Shown: positions 9,901 to 18,033, numbered from the stretch's first letter. The stretch is DNA of 64,000 nt from an uncultured Planctomycetales bacterium (GCA_964384465.1 CAYLLT010000020.1:2488-66487); one strand, 5' to 3'. Notes: generated by a model not told the origin, from the letters alone. Translations and numbers: made by a program.

Positions 9901-11952
9901 GCCGCCGCTCATGCCGGTCAGGATGAACGCGACAGGCGTACCCGAGGTGAGGTCCATGTATCTTCCGGCGGCCCGCCGGTCAGTGACCAGCGAACCGAGC
10001 GAATCGCTCAGCGGGCTGATCAGCGGCAGCGTCAATGCATCGACCGCGGCATCCGCGTTGATCATCCCGTAGCCCTCGAACGTATCCTTGTTCTTTCCGG
10101 TAGTGGCGTTATTGGATGCCCGTTCGAGCGTCGGGTTGTTGGTGCTGACTTCGCGCGTTTGATTGGTTTCCGTGGCCGAGGCGCACAGCAGCATCTTCAC
10201 GAACAGCGCATCGGCTGACGAAGCGAAACTCCACGTATGACCCGCCTGCTGCCAGGCGTCGATCACCAGCGCAGCGCAGCCCGCCACGAACGGCGACGCC
10301 ATCGAAGTCCCGCTGATGTTCAGATAATCGTTGGCCACCTGATCGGACAAGGCCCCGTCGGCATCGCCATCATTGGAATCGATGGACATGATCTTGCTGT
10401 ACTTCGCGGTCACCGTGCCGCCGGGTGCGATCACATCCGGCTTGTAGTCCTCCGTGGCGTCGGGCACGTCGGTCCAGATCGATGTGTAGTCGGTGAGCTG
10501 GTTGATGTCATTCGCCGCGCCCACCGTGATGACTTTGCCCGCCCGGCCCGGGTCTGTGGTCTCTCCCGTAGGCCCATCGTTACCCATGGAATTGCAGACC
10601 ACGATGCCGTTGTCCACGGCGGTGTTGGCTTTGGCCCGAAGCGTGGTGTCCTCCGCACCGGGCGTGATCAAACCGATGCTCATGTTGAGCACCTTGATGT
10701 TGTGAGCCACCCGCTGCGTCACCATGTCGTCCAGCGCTGCGCCGATATCAGTGGTGCTGCCCGAGCCGGCATTGGTGAATACCTTGCCCCCCGCCCAGCG
10801 GCAGGCCGGAGCCACACCGCGAAACAGGTTGAAGCTGTCACCGACGCCGAAATTGGACACATCCGCCGAAACGGTGTTTGCGGCGGAGTAAGCCTTGCCA
10901 CCCGTGTTGCCGGTGTTAGCACTGTTGTATGAGGAGTAGAGGCGCGGTGCCCCGCTCGCCTGAGGGTTTGCCAGATTGTTGTTGGTTACCGAAATCGGAG
11001 AGCTAGAACTGGACAAGATCGATCCGATCGCAACGTAACCAAAGGAGCTGTTTACATAAGCTTGGCCGTGCTGAGCGCTGCGTCCACCGCCGGTCGCCCA
11101 GATCATGTTGCTGACCCAGTCAAACTGCGTGACGGCCGCCGGCAGCTCGTGCGGCGAGGGATAGAAGGATCCTGCCATGCTGGGGAATGTGCCCTGGTCC
11201 GTCCAGCGGATCGTCGTGGGATTGACCCCGGAAGCCGCCCCGGTGCCCAGAGCGATACCCGCTACGTGAGTGCCGTGCGACTGGAAACCAATTGGAGTCG
11301 CTGACGCATCGCTGGTGTAGTCGTGCCAATACTCCATGCGGCCCGCAAGGTCTGTGTGGCTGTCATCCACACCGGTGTCCACGATCGCAATCGTGATGCT
11401 GGTGTCGCCGTCATATCCGTTATTCCAAAGATACGGCCGCACGCGCCCGTTGCGGCAGGCCTTGTCCAGGTGCAACTGGATCGGCTGTGACTCGATCACG
11501 CCCAAGAGCGAGGGTCCGGCTCCCTGCACGGCGCCGCGAATCGTGCTCAAAGGGAGCGTGCCGTTCCATCCGTAGCTGACGCTCTTGTAGATGTGTGTAA
11601 TCCGGCCGCCGAGCTTGGCGAACTGATCGAGCTGCTGCTGCCGGATCTGCGCGGAAAAAACGAACTCGACGGAAACGCTTTCATCCACCGCCAGCGGCGC
11701 CGTGGCCGGATTCGCGCGGTTGTTTTCAAATTGCAGGACTTTCGTTTCAAGCCCGTCGTCGATCTGGTCTGAATTCGAGTCCGTTTCGAGGACGGCGGGA
11801 ATGGTGGGGCGGATCGCCGGTTCCGCCGGAGCGACAATCTGGTCAGCGGTGAGAGGGATTCCCGCCCGACTCACGCCGGCCGACAACAGCAGAAGGAACA
11901 CGCAGATGCCCGGCATCCATCCCCACCCGCATCGTGTCTTCGCAACACACAT
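6970..11952 (-). CDS. Secreted subtilisin-like serine protease (peptidase S8) with nine HYR/Ig-like repeats and a dockerin-like C-terminal module
   Basis: Catalytic motifs are IAIVDTGVDDSHTDL (Asp), HGTHVAGIA (His), NSMGNDG (oxyanion Asn) and SGTSMASPFVAG (Ser). The ~85-aa repeats read DTTxPxITSCGSNQSASANGSCQAAVP.MTGDVTATDNCTASGSLT.TQSP.AGTLV..G.TTVTITVKDAANNSA.C.K.FTVN. I prefer the ATG at 11952 (MCVAKTRCGWGWMPGICVFLLLLSAGVSRA) because it is preceded by GGAGGGAG. The ORF-track start is 11994. Confidence 0.9.
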   Translation of the reverse strand: MCVAKTRCGWGWMPGICVFLLLLSAGVSRAGIPLTADQIVAPAEPAIRPTIPAVLETDSNSDQIDDGLETKVLQFENNRANPATAPLAVDESVSVEFVFSAQIRQQQLDQFAKLGGRITHIYKSVSYGWNGTLPLSTIRGAVQGAGPSLLGVIESQPIQLHLDKACRNGRVRPYLWNNGYDGDTSITIAIVDTGVDDSHTDLAGRMEYWHDYTSDASATPIGFQSHGTHVAGIALGTGAASGVNPTTIRWTDQGTFPSMAGSFYPSPHELPAAVTQFDWVSNMIWATGGGRSAQHGQAYVNSSFGYVAIGSILSSSSSPISVTNNNLANPQASGAPRLYSSYNSANTGNTGGKAYSAANTVSADVSNFGVGDSFNLFRGVAPACRWAGGKVFTNAGSGSTTDIGAALDDMVTQRVAHNIKVLNMSIGLITPGAEDTTLRAKANTAVDNGIVVCNSMGNDGPTGETTDPGRAGKVITVGAANDINQLTDYTSIWTDVPDATEDYKPDVIAPGGTVTAKYSKIMSIDSNDGDADGALSDQVANDYLNISGTSMASPFVAGCAALVIDAWQQAGHTWSFASSADALFVKMLLCASATETNQTREVSTNNPTLERASNNATTGKNKDTFEGYGMINADAAVDALTLPLISPLSDSLGSLVTDRRAAGRYMDLTSGTPVAFILTGMSGGDYDLYVYDSVPDTKGNPVILASSANVGTNVNESICYTPVASRRAYILVKRVTGTGAFTLTGGNDTTPPNITSCGSNQSASANGSCQAAVPNMTGDVTATDNCTASGSLTKTQSPLAGTLVSAGVTTVTITVKDAANNSATCMKSFTVNDTTVPSITSCGSNQSASANGSCQAAVPDMTGDVTATDNCTASGSLTRTQSPIAGTLVGLGVTSVTITVKDAANNSAICNKNFTVNDTTAPSITSCGSNQSASANGSCQAAVPNMTGDVTATDNCTASGSLTKTQSPTAGTLVGAGVTTVTITVKDAANNSAMCNKSFTVNDITAPSITSCGSNQSASANGSCQAAVPDMTGDVTATDNCTPSGSLTRTQSPIAGTLVGLGATTVTITVKDVANNPAMCTKSFTVNDAAAPTITDCGPNQAVNADANCQAVVPDFTAGVTATDNCTAGGSLTRTQSPTAGSTVTGKGPHTVTLTVKDAANNQVMCTRTLTLNDVTGPVITITGGTPNAFTCQNNQPNQYVEQGATASDSCDGAISVGPPSYPEGFPNTQVEGTYHAVYTATDLSGNPSTATRMIVVSEDAPLMITNLPSDLIVECQGCTSPSSSGTPKTDTVVAAWLAQPQGQDHCDNDTTIGNDAPACLPLGTTTVTWTASHPGGTPPNVTASRMLTVQDTLSPNVTCLAAPAPISADANCQAAIPELASGASASDGCNPNVLTTQNPPAGTPVGPGAHTVTVTADDGHGHTANCTVDVTVVDTTASAISSCGPAQFAPADGNCQAPVPDFTADVTATDNCTPAGSLTKTQSPLVGTLVGLGNTTVTVTVKDAADIGSDCPNTFTVSSPDDDNDGTPNCGDGCPNDVGKIAPGQCGCGTPDTDTDSDGTADCNDLCPTTPAGDPPGLSGCPPLRFDFDLNGRVDQDDYNQFKLCRTGPTIYGPPPTGCTPAQFTACDVDSDGDGDNDDYGYFQRCYSGASNYNPHCAD
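8437..9711 (-). repeat. Tandem 255-bp coding repeats (five copies, four of them near-identical) encoding HYR-like domains
   Basis: The landmark gattgattcgagccacaggaggtgatcg (and variants) recurs at 8903, 9158, 9413 and 9668, exactly 255 bp apart. More diverged copies extend the array down to about 7410. Confidence 0.9.
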
Positions 11953-12162
11953 CCTGATACTCCCTCCGTAGGTCCTCCGGACACCTGTTTCCACTGATAC
12001 CGATGCTTTGGAACCGCCGCTGAACGGCTCATCCTGAAGGGAGTGTTTTCAGCCGTGCTGACTGGAGAATAGTATAGCAGATTGGAGCAGGTTTATAAAC
12101 AGAAAAATGTCAGGATAATGCTGGCGGAATGTATGACACTTGGGCGGGTTGCCTTTTCGATA

Positions 12163-12231
12163 GGACCGCGGCGTTTTATTGCCGCCAACCCGCGTCCGCA
12201 ACGCCAGAGCGGCGATAAATTGCCGCGGTCC
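12163..12231. repeat. REP-like imperfect hairpin (GGACCGCGGC...GCCGC / GCGGC...GCCGCGGTCC)
   Basis: Arms are at 12163-12186 and 12209-12231. Of 23 aligned arm positions, 20 pair (blocks of 10, 5 and 5). Confidence 0.55.
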
Positions 12232-12327
12232 TGTGGATAGGGAGCTCCCCGGACCCGCCTGAATTGTGAATGACCCGATAAAATTGGTGAACGCCTCGCC
12301 CACCTCATTTTGATTCCGGCCAGTCGT

Positions 12328-12392
12328 GTAGGGTGGGTCTTGACCCACCTTCGACAAATCACCCATTGCTGGTGGGTCAAGACCCACACTAC
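12328..12392. repeat. Two inverted copies of a 22-nt palindromic unit GTAGGGTGGGTCTTGACCCACC
   Basis: The unit at 12328-12349 matches its reverse-oriented copy at 12371-12392 at 21 of 22 positions. Each unit also contains the self-complementary GGTGGGTC..GACCCACC. Confidence 0.65.
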
Positions 12393-12408
12393 GAAACTCG
12401 CTTTCCGC

Positions 12409-12437
12409 TTGAACCCGTCCTTGCCTCAGTGTATATC
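12409..12437 (+). promoter_or_regulatory. Candidate sigma70-type promoter for the ORF6N gene
   Basis: TTGAAC (12409-12414), a 17-nt spacer, then TATATC (12432-12437). This lies 35 nt upstream of the ATG at 12473, which is preceded by AGGTGA. Confidence 0.4.
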
Positions 12438-12472
12438 TGGGCACGTAGATCAACCGAGAAATAGGTGAAACG

Positions 12473-13048
12473 ATGGCGGCTGACAGGCGGTCGCAGATTC
12501 CGCTGGGGCGAATCGAACGAAGCATTCTGCTCGTGCGCGGTCAGAGGGTCATGCTCGACGCCGATCTCGCCGCACTTTACGGCGTAGAAACGCGCGTGTT
12601 GAATCAGGCGGTCAAACGCAACCTCGGTCGGTTTCCGTCCGACTTCATGTTTCGACTGACGTGGGACGAAGCGGAAGCTTTAAGATCACAAATTGTGATC
12701 TTAAACGAGAACCCTTCCGGCCGGGGTAAACATCGCAAGTATCCACCCTATGTGTTTACAGAGCACGGCGCCATAATGGCCGCCAATGTGCTCAACTCCG
12801 CAAGAGCGGTCAAAGCCAGCATCTACGTCGTGCGCGCGTTCGTAAATCTTCGGCAGATGTTCGCATCGCACAAGGAGCTGGCCGCCAAGCTCGCAGAGTT
12901 GGAACGCCGATTGGAAAAACACGACGGCCAGTTAATCGCCCTCGTGGAGGCCATCCGGCAGTTGATGCAGCCCCCGCCCGATCCGCCACGCCGCCGAATC
13001 GGGTTTGCGACCGAGCTCGAAGGCAGGGCACGCAGAGCGAACAGGTGA
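12473..13048 (+). CDS. ORF6N (KilA-N-like) DNA-binding domain protein
   Basis: Family motifs are LVRGQRVMLDADLAALYGVETRVLNQAVKRNLGRFPSDFMFRLT, LRSQIV, YPPYVFTEHGAIMAANVLNS and VRAFVNLR, followed by a C-terminal coiled-coil-like tail. Confidence 0.8.
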   Translation: MAADRRSQIPLGRIERSILLVRGQRVMLDADLAALYGVETRVLNQAVKRNLGRFPSDFMFRLTWDEAEALRSQIVILNENPSGRGKHRKYPPYVFTEHGAIMAANVLNSARAVKASIYVVRAFVNLRQMFASHKELAAKLAELERRLEKHDGQLIALVEAIRQLMQPPPDPPRRRIGFATELEGRARRANR

Positions 13049-13082
13049 AGATCGCGGCGATACGCGCGTTGCGTTGTGAACG

Positions 13083-13194
13083 ATCGAACCTGTCCCGTTC
13101 GTTTTCCGGTCCGAGTTGCGTCTCCTTTGTCCTTCCCGGGCGGAGCAACGCTTGCGTCGAGTAGGAAAGAGTAGGAAAGCGGGACAGGTTCGAT
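13083..13194. repeat. Long-range perfect 15-bp inverted repeat (ATCGAACCTGTCCCG / CGGGACAGGTTCGAT) with an 82-nt loop
   Basis: Arms are at 13083-13097 and 13180-13194. The loop contains the tandem AGTAGGAAAG x2. The element sits between the convergent ORF6N and higA genes. Confidence 0.6.
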
Positions 13195-13247
13195 TCTTGA
13201 TAGGCGAAAAGAGTATACGCAGCCCCAAACTCGTCTTGGCGTTTTGA

Positions 13248-13670
13248 TCACTCGATGAAAACAGACGCATCGAGCTTGAACCGCGCGGCCAGCTTCTTGA
13301 TCTGCGATTTCGACAAGGCGCGATCGCCCTTCAGGAACATCGACACGGCCGATTCGCTGCCGATGATGCGGCCGATCGCGGCCTGACTCAGCTTGTTCGC
13401 CTCCATCAACGCCCGGAGCGCTTCCCGCGGCGTCATGGCCTCGTCGATGGCGTGATGCTCCTCCTCGTACTTGTTCACCAGGACGATCAGGGCGTCAAGG
13501 TAATCGCCCGCGCCGCTGTCCAGATCGCGGCCCATCAACTCCGAGATGATCGCCGCTCCGGCTTCGTGCTCGTCGTCGTTCTTGATCGTCTTGAGCGGGA
13601 AACGTTGCACCAACTCCATGTAGGTGTCGCGCTCCTGCCGCTTGTTTTTAGACCTCGTCCGGGTGGGCAT
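13248..13670 (-). CDS. higA: Type II antitoxin HigA (XRE-type HTH)
   Basis: The C-terminal HTH region ...LSQAAIGRIIGSESAVSMFLKGDRALSKSQIKKLAARFKLDASVFIE resembles the E. coli HigA (YgjM) tail ...KLTLEHAKKLATRFGISPALFID. The gene lies 10 nt downstream of higB on the same strand, in the toxin-first order typical of hig loci. Confidence 0.8.
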   Translation of the reverse strand: MPTRTRSKNKRQERDTYMELVQRFPLKTIKNDDEHEAGAAIISELMGRDLDSGAGDYLDALIVLVNKYEEEHHAIDEAMTPREALRALMEANKLSQAAIGRIIGSESAVSMFLKGDRALSKSQIKKLAARFKLDASVFIE

Positions 13671-13680
13671 AAGAACTCCG

Positions 13681-13998
13681 CTAAAACAACTTCTTCCACA
13701 ACTTCTTGTCGTATTCCTTGTGGTCCATCACCGCCTCGATTTTCACCGTCTGCCGCTTGTAATCGACATGGGCAAGGATGCGGTACTTGTTCCCGCCAAT
13801 GTCGAATACGGTCGCAGTCCTCCCCGTGTCGCCGGTGGCCACGTCGGTCTGGCCGAACGTCGCCTTCGTCTCCTGGAAATTCTGCCAATGAGCCTTCCGG
13901 GCCAGTTTGAACCAATTCTCGAACGCCGCCGCGTGTGGACTGCGCTCCGGTTTGGCCGCATAAAAGTCTCTCAATTTCCTTCGGCTGATCACGTTCAC
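13681..13998 (-). CDS. higB: Type II toxin HigB (RelE/ParE superfamily mRNA interferase)
   Basis: 105 aa with a GTG start. FDIGGNKYRILAHVDYKRQTVKIEAVMDHKEYD matches the E. coli HigB (YgjN) core FNVGGNELRVVAMVFFESQKCYIREVMTHKEYD. Confidence 0.85.
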   Translation of the reverse strand: MNVISRRKLRDFYAAKPERSPHAAAFENWFKLARKAHWQNFQETKATFGQTDVATGDTGRTATVFDIGGNKYRILAHVDYKRQTVKIEAVMDHKEYDKKLWKKLF

Positions 13999-14006
13999 GC
14001 CTTCAC

Positions 14007-14062
14007 ATTATGCGAAGTATTCTGGCCCCTGTCAAGAGCAAGCCTTCTCAAAATGCGAAGTA
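14007..14062 (-). promoter_or_regulatory. higBA promoter with two copies of a 10-bp putative operator
   Basis: On the minus strand: TTGACA (14035-14030), a 17-nt spacer, then CATAAT (14012-14007). The GTG start follows only 8 nt after the -10. The direct repeat ATGCGAAGTA occurs at 14010-14019 (overlapping the -10) and at 14053-14062 (upstream of the -35). Confidence 0.55.
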
Positions 14063-14098
14063 AAGCGGGTCGCCGCCCAAGATTTGAGGAATTCCTTG

Positions 14099-14126
14099 CA
14101 TCTGCGAATCATCTGCGCCATCTGCG
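14099..14126. repeat. Triple direct repeat of CATCTGCG
   Basis: Copies are at 14099-14106, 14110-14117 and 14119-14126, in intergenic sequence. Confidence 0.5.
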
Positions 14127-14373
14127 GATTGCTCCCCACGGAACGCGCAACGTGTTCTGTCAAAGAATGGGGCCAAGGCGGTACTCGTGTGCAGTGTCAC
14201 TGGAGAGACCGGGCGTGGTGCCGTCGAAAAATAAAAACAGCGAAACGAAGCCGTGGATTACCCGTTCGCGCACTGCTTTGCCGGCGCACCCGAACGGAAC
14301 ACTTGTCGGACTTTTCGCGACCGGCGCAAGGACGTATGGCGATGATCGAACGGTCGCCGGTTGAAACGGTTGT

Positions 14374-17300
14374 TCAGGACGAAGCTTTCTTCTCCGCGGC
14401 TCGGCGTCTCTGCGGAGAATTCAGCGCGGCCAGCAGTTGTTCGGCCTTGGCGCGGGTGGCTTCGATCTTCGGCAGGCGGATCTCCGCGTAGCCGGTGATC
14501 GTTTCCACGCTCTTGAGCACGTCGACGTATTGCCGGTAAGTCACCTCGTTGTCGAAAGAGAAGCCATCCACCACGCCCTCATACCACATGAGCAGCTCGC
14601 GATCCTCCCGATGCCACCACGGCATGGCTTTGCGCAGGAAGCGCAAACTGCGGAGGCAGTAGAGCATCCAGTGCGGCGGGCTGATGTCGATCTGCTGGCC
14701 GAAGAAGCGCGGGTGAAACGTCCGTCGATAGCGGATGCGGTCGCCGTTGGAGGGGTTGATGTTGTAGCGGTGCCGGTCGCGGCGCATCTTCTCGTAGCTG
14801 GTGAGCAGATGGGCGACGAAGAACTCGTCCTTAATGAGCATGAGCTTGGCCAGGTTCCAGACCACCGCCCGCGTGGCGGCGAACTCGTATCGCTCGTGGT
14901 CGGCCAGGAACATCCGGCGCACGCGCTGGACGTACCGCTGGGCGTAACGGACGCCGCCCCACTGGACCAGGTCGTAGATGCGGACGGCGATGTCCTGCAT
15001 GGTCTGACGGTCGAGTTCGCGGCAGGCGCGGAGCGTGGTGTAGACCATGTGCTTGTACGATCGCGCGAGCTTGGTGTCGGGCAGGCGGCGCTTGCCGGCC
15101 GGGCGCGTGCCCTCGTGGCGCAGGGCGCGGCGCTTGCCGAGCAGGCGCATGTTGAGGTAAGCGGCTTTCTCGCGAACGGTACGGGCCAGCGACGGCTCCG
15201 GCTCGTGCTCGGCGAACAGGTGCGGATGGCTGACCAGCTTGCGACCGATGTCGAACGCCCGCAGGTTCTTCTTGAAATCGGCGCGGATGGTGTTGCGGAT
15301 GCCCTCCTTCATCGCCTCCAGTGAGACGGGGATCAAACCGCGTTGAAAGGCGACGCCGAGCATGGTGATGTTGGCATAGAGCTTGGTGCCGAAGATCCGC
15401 TCGCACAGCGAGGTGATGCGGGCGGAGAAATAGCGGTCGCTGCGCGTCGCCTGGCGGAGGGCCCGCTCGAGTTCATCGACTTTGAATTCGTCGAGGCCCA
15501 TCAGCGTGCGGATGGTCGGCGTGCGATCGGTGTTGATGACCGCGGCGGTGCGATCGGCGGATGAGATCCGGAAGCCAGCATCTGGATCTACGGCGCGTGC
15601 GGCCTCGAGAAGGTCGATGCCCAGCAGGAGGTCGGCTTTACCGTAGGGGACGGTCATACTGACGGGGAGAGAGGGCGAGTGGGCGAGGGGGCGAGGGGGC
15701 GAGGGGCTCTTGCTGAAGATGAGTTGCGAGTAGACGCCGCCGTTGCGGATGGCCAGGCCCTTCTTGTCGCTGAACTGGACGTGGTAGCCCTCGTGCTGGC
15801 CGGCGTGAACGAGGATGCTGGTGGCCGTGCCGATGCCCATACCGCCGACGCCGGCGATCCAGGCCCGCCAGACGTCGCCCGCGAAGTCGATGACCGGCTC
15901 GGGGATGTCCTCCAGCGTGATCTTGTGGCCGCGAGGCGTGGGCGGGTGTTTGCGGGTGACAATCACTTCTTCGAAGGATGGGCACGCATCGAGCCGCGCG
16001 CACGCGCCGTCGTTGACGCACCAGGACAGATCGGTCTGAATCTTGGGGCCGTAGTTCGTCTGCTCGATGGTCAGGCCGGGGCAGCCGGTTTTGTTCGTGC
16101 ACTCCAGGCAGAACTCGCACACTTCGGGCGTGACGTTCATGTAGACCTTTTTGCGGACGAACCCGCGGCGACTCTGCTCGGCCCGTTCGTGGCCCATCCG
16201 GCGGCGGTGATAGGTGATGCCGCATTCCTTGTCGGCGATGATGATCTTGACGCCGTCGGCGAGGATGGTCTTTTCGAGCAGGGCTTTGTAGCCCTCGCGG
16301 TCTTCCGGATCCACGCGGACGACCGGACTCTTCCCGCCGGTGATGGCGCGCGCGATCGTCTCGATGTCCTGCGACTGGATCGGGCGGTCGAGCAGGTCGG
16401 CATCAAGCGCGGGCAGCGGCTGATGGCCGGTCATGGCCGTCGTGCCGTTGGCGAGAATGATGTAGGTGAGGTCCTGCCGCCCGGCGATCGAGTTGCTGAT
16501 CGCGGCCGAGCCGGAGTGAAAGAACGTCGAGTCGCCCATGAAGACGACCTGCTTGTTGCGGATGAACGGGTCGATACCGCTGCCGGTCCCGCCGCCGAGG
16601 CCCATGCCGGAGTAGTTGTGCATGAGCGGGGCGTTCGGCTCGAACATCAGCATGGTGTAGCAGCCGGTGTCGCCGTGGAAGACGAGATCGATGGCCCCGC
16701 GCTTGTGGTGCTTGCGCATGTAGGCTTCATCAGCAAACTGCTGTTTGACCTGGAGCAGCACGTTGGACGAATCGCGGTGCGGACAGCCGGGGCAGAACGT
16801 GGGCGTGCGGGCGGGGATGCTCATCTCGATCTTCGCGGTGTCGGAGATGATGCGCAGCTCGGTCTCGATGCCTGCTGCCGCGCGGCGGGCGAGCGGCGAT
16901 TCGATGGCCCGCAGGAAACGCCCCAGTCTGTCGGCGACGATGGAGACATTAAGCCCCAAAACCGAAGGGAATCCGCTGCCGCCACCGGGAAACTGCTTGC
17001 CCCAGATCTTGCTCACCCGTCTCCCATTCGCCTGCGCATAGCGGATGGCAATCTCCGCGATCTGATCCTCGATGAACGAGCGGCGTTCCTCGACGATCAG
17101 CACGTGCTCGAATCGGGCCAGCAGCGGTTCGATCTGCCGGCGGTCGAGCGGGTAGGTCAGCGCGAGTTTGAAGACCGGCACCTCACCGGCGAGGCCGACG
17201 TCATGCAGGGCCTGCACGACATATTGATGGGCCAGACCACTGCTGACGATCAGCACCTCGTTCGTAGGCGCGTCGTCGAGTTGATTGAGGCCGATTCGCT

Positions 17301-18033
17301 CGACTTCGCGGGCCAATCGCTCGTAACGTTCGGGCAGTTCGACCTCGCGCCGGCCGGTCCTCGGCGGGAGCAGCACCGTGTTTTCCAGATCGAGGGCGTA
17401 GGTGTGCAAATCGAATGGATGTTTCGTGTTGGTTAGCGGGTAGTGGTTGGGGCGACAGGTGACGGAGCCGCCGCCTTCCGCCTGCGTGGTGGTGACGATA
17501 TAGCCCAGGTACAGTCCGCTGGCCCGCGACAACTGGAACGCGATGTCCACGTAATCTTTGAGTTCCTGGATGGTGCTGGGTTCGATGATGGGGACGAACA
17601 GGTGACGGAACAGAAACCGCGAATCGGCGGGGACCTGCGTGCTCTCGCTCCACGGGTCGTCGCCGACGACGATCACCGCTCCGCCTTCGGGATGCGGGCC
17701 GGCGAGATTCCCGATCGCGAGCGCATCGCTGGCCACGTGCAGGCCAACGCTCTTGAATACCGCCATGGCCCGCAGCGGGCCCATCTGCGAGCCGTTGACG
17801 GCCGCGACGGAGAGCGCTTCGTTGTTGGCCAGGCGGCCCTCGATGCCGTGCTCCTTGAGCAGCGGGGCACAGTCGGCCAGCACGTCGAAGAACGTCGCCA
17901 CCGGCGAGCCGGGATAGCCGGTCATCAGGTGGACGCCGCCGTCGGTTTCGAGGGCGCCTTTGAAGATCAGCTCATTGCCGTTGAATACGTCGGAGCCGGC
18001 GTTGCGCAGGAACTTCGGTGGGACGGTTTTCAT
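14374..18033 (-). CDS. Indolepyruvate:ferredoxin oxidoreductase family protein (fused IorA-IorB type 2-oxoacid:ferredoxin oxidoreductase)
   Basis: About 1219 aa. The N-terminal motif is NGNELIFKGALETDGGVHLMTGYPGSPVATFFD. The TPP-binding region reads GMGLGGGTGSGIDPF...FMGDSTFFHSG. Two ferredoxin-like Cys clusters are present (CPGCPHRD and CEFCLECTNKTGCPG). I prefer the ATG at 18033 (MKTVPPKF); the ORF-track start is 18168. Confidence 0.85.
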   Translation of the reverse strand: MKTVPPKFLRNAGSDVFNGNELIFKGALETDGGVHLMTGYPGSPVATFFDVLADCAPLLKEHGIEGRLANNEALSVAAVNGSQMGPLRAMAVFKSVGLHVASDALAIGNLAGPHPEGGAVIVVGDDPWSESTQVPADSRFLFRHLFVPIIEPSTIQELKDYVDIAFQLSRASGLYLGYIVTTTQAEGGGSVTCRPNHYPLTNTKHPFDLHTYALDLENTVLLPPRTGRREVELPERYERLAREVERIGLNQLDDAPTNEVLIVSSGLAHQYVVQALHDVGLAGEVPVFKLALTYPLDRRQIEPLLARFEHVLIVEERRSFIEDQIAEIAIRYAQANGRRVSKIWGKQFPGGGSGFPSVLGLNVSIVADRLGRFLRAIESPLARRAAAGIETELRIISDTAKIEMSIPARTPTFCPGCPHRDSSNVLLQVKQQFADEAYMRKHHKRGAIDLVFHGDTGCYTMLMFEPNAPLMHNYSGMGLGGGTGSGIDPFIRNKQVVFMGDSTFFHSGSAAISNSIAGRQDLTYIILANGTTAMTGHQPLPALDADLLDRPIQSQDIETIARAITGGKSPVVRVDPEDREGYKALLEKTILADGVKIIIADKECGITYHRRRMGHERAEQSRRGFVRKKVYMNVTPEVCEFCLECTNKTGCPGLTIEQTNYGPKIQTDLSWCVNDGACARLDACPSFEEVIVTRKHPPTPRGHKITLEDIPEPVIDFAGDVWRAWIAGVGGMGIGTATSILVHAGQHEGYHVQFSDKKGLAIRNGGVYSQLIFSKSPSPPRPLAHSPSLPVSMTVPYGKADLLLGIDLLEAARAVDPDAGFRISSADRTAAVINTDRTPTIRTLMGLDEFKVDELERALRQATRSDRYFSARITSLCERIFGTKLYANITMLGVAFQRGLIPVSLEAMKEGIRNTIRADFKKNLRAFDIGRKLVSHPHLFAEHEPEPSLARTVREKAAYLNMRLLGKRRALRHEGTRPAGKRRLPDTKLARSYKHMVYTTLRACRELDRQTMQDIAVRIYDLVQWGGVRYAQRYVQRVRRMFLADHERYEFAATRAVVWNLAKLMLIKDEFFVAHLLTSYEKMRRDRHRYNINPSNGDRIRYRRTFHPRFFGQQIDISPPHWMLYCLRSLRFLRKAMPWWHREDRELLMWYEGVVDGFSFDNEVTYRQYVDVLKSVETITGYAEIRLPKIEATRAKAEQLLAALNSPQRRRAAEKKASS

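Noticed and set aside
12049-12525. The 158-aa and 98-aa minus-strand ORFs upstream of the subtilase gene.
   Set aside because: They consist largely of translated palindromic repeat units (for example VGLDPP and RGPIEKATRP) in an AT-richer intergenic region. They have no coding signature.
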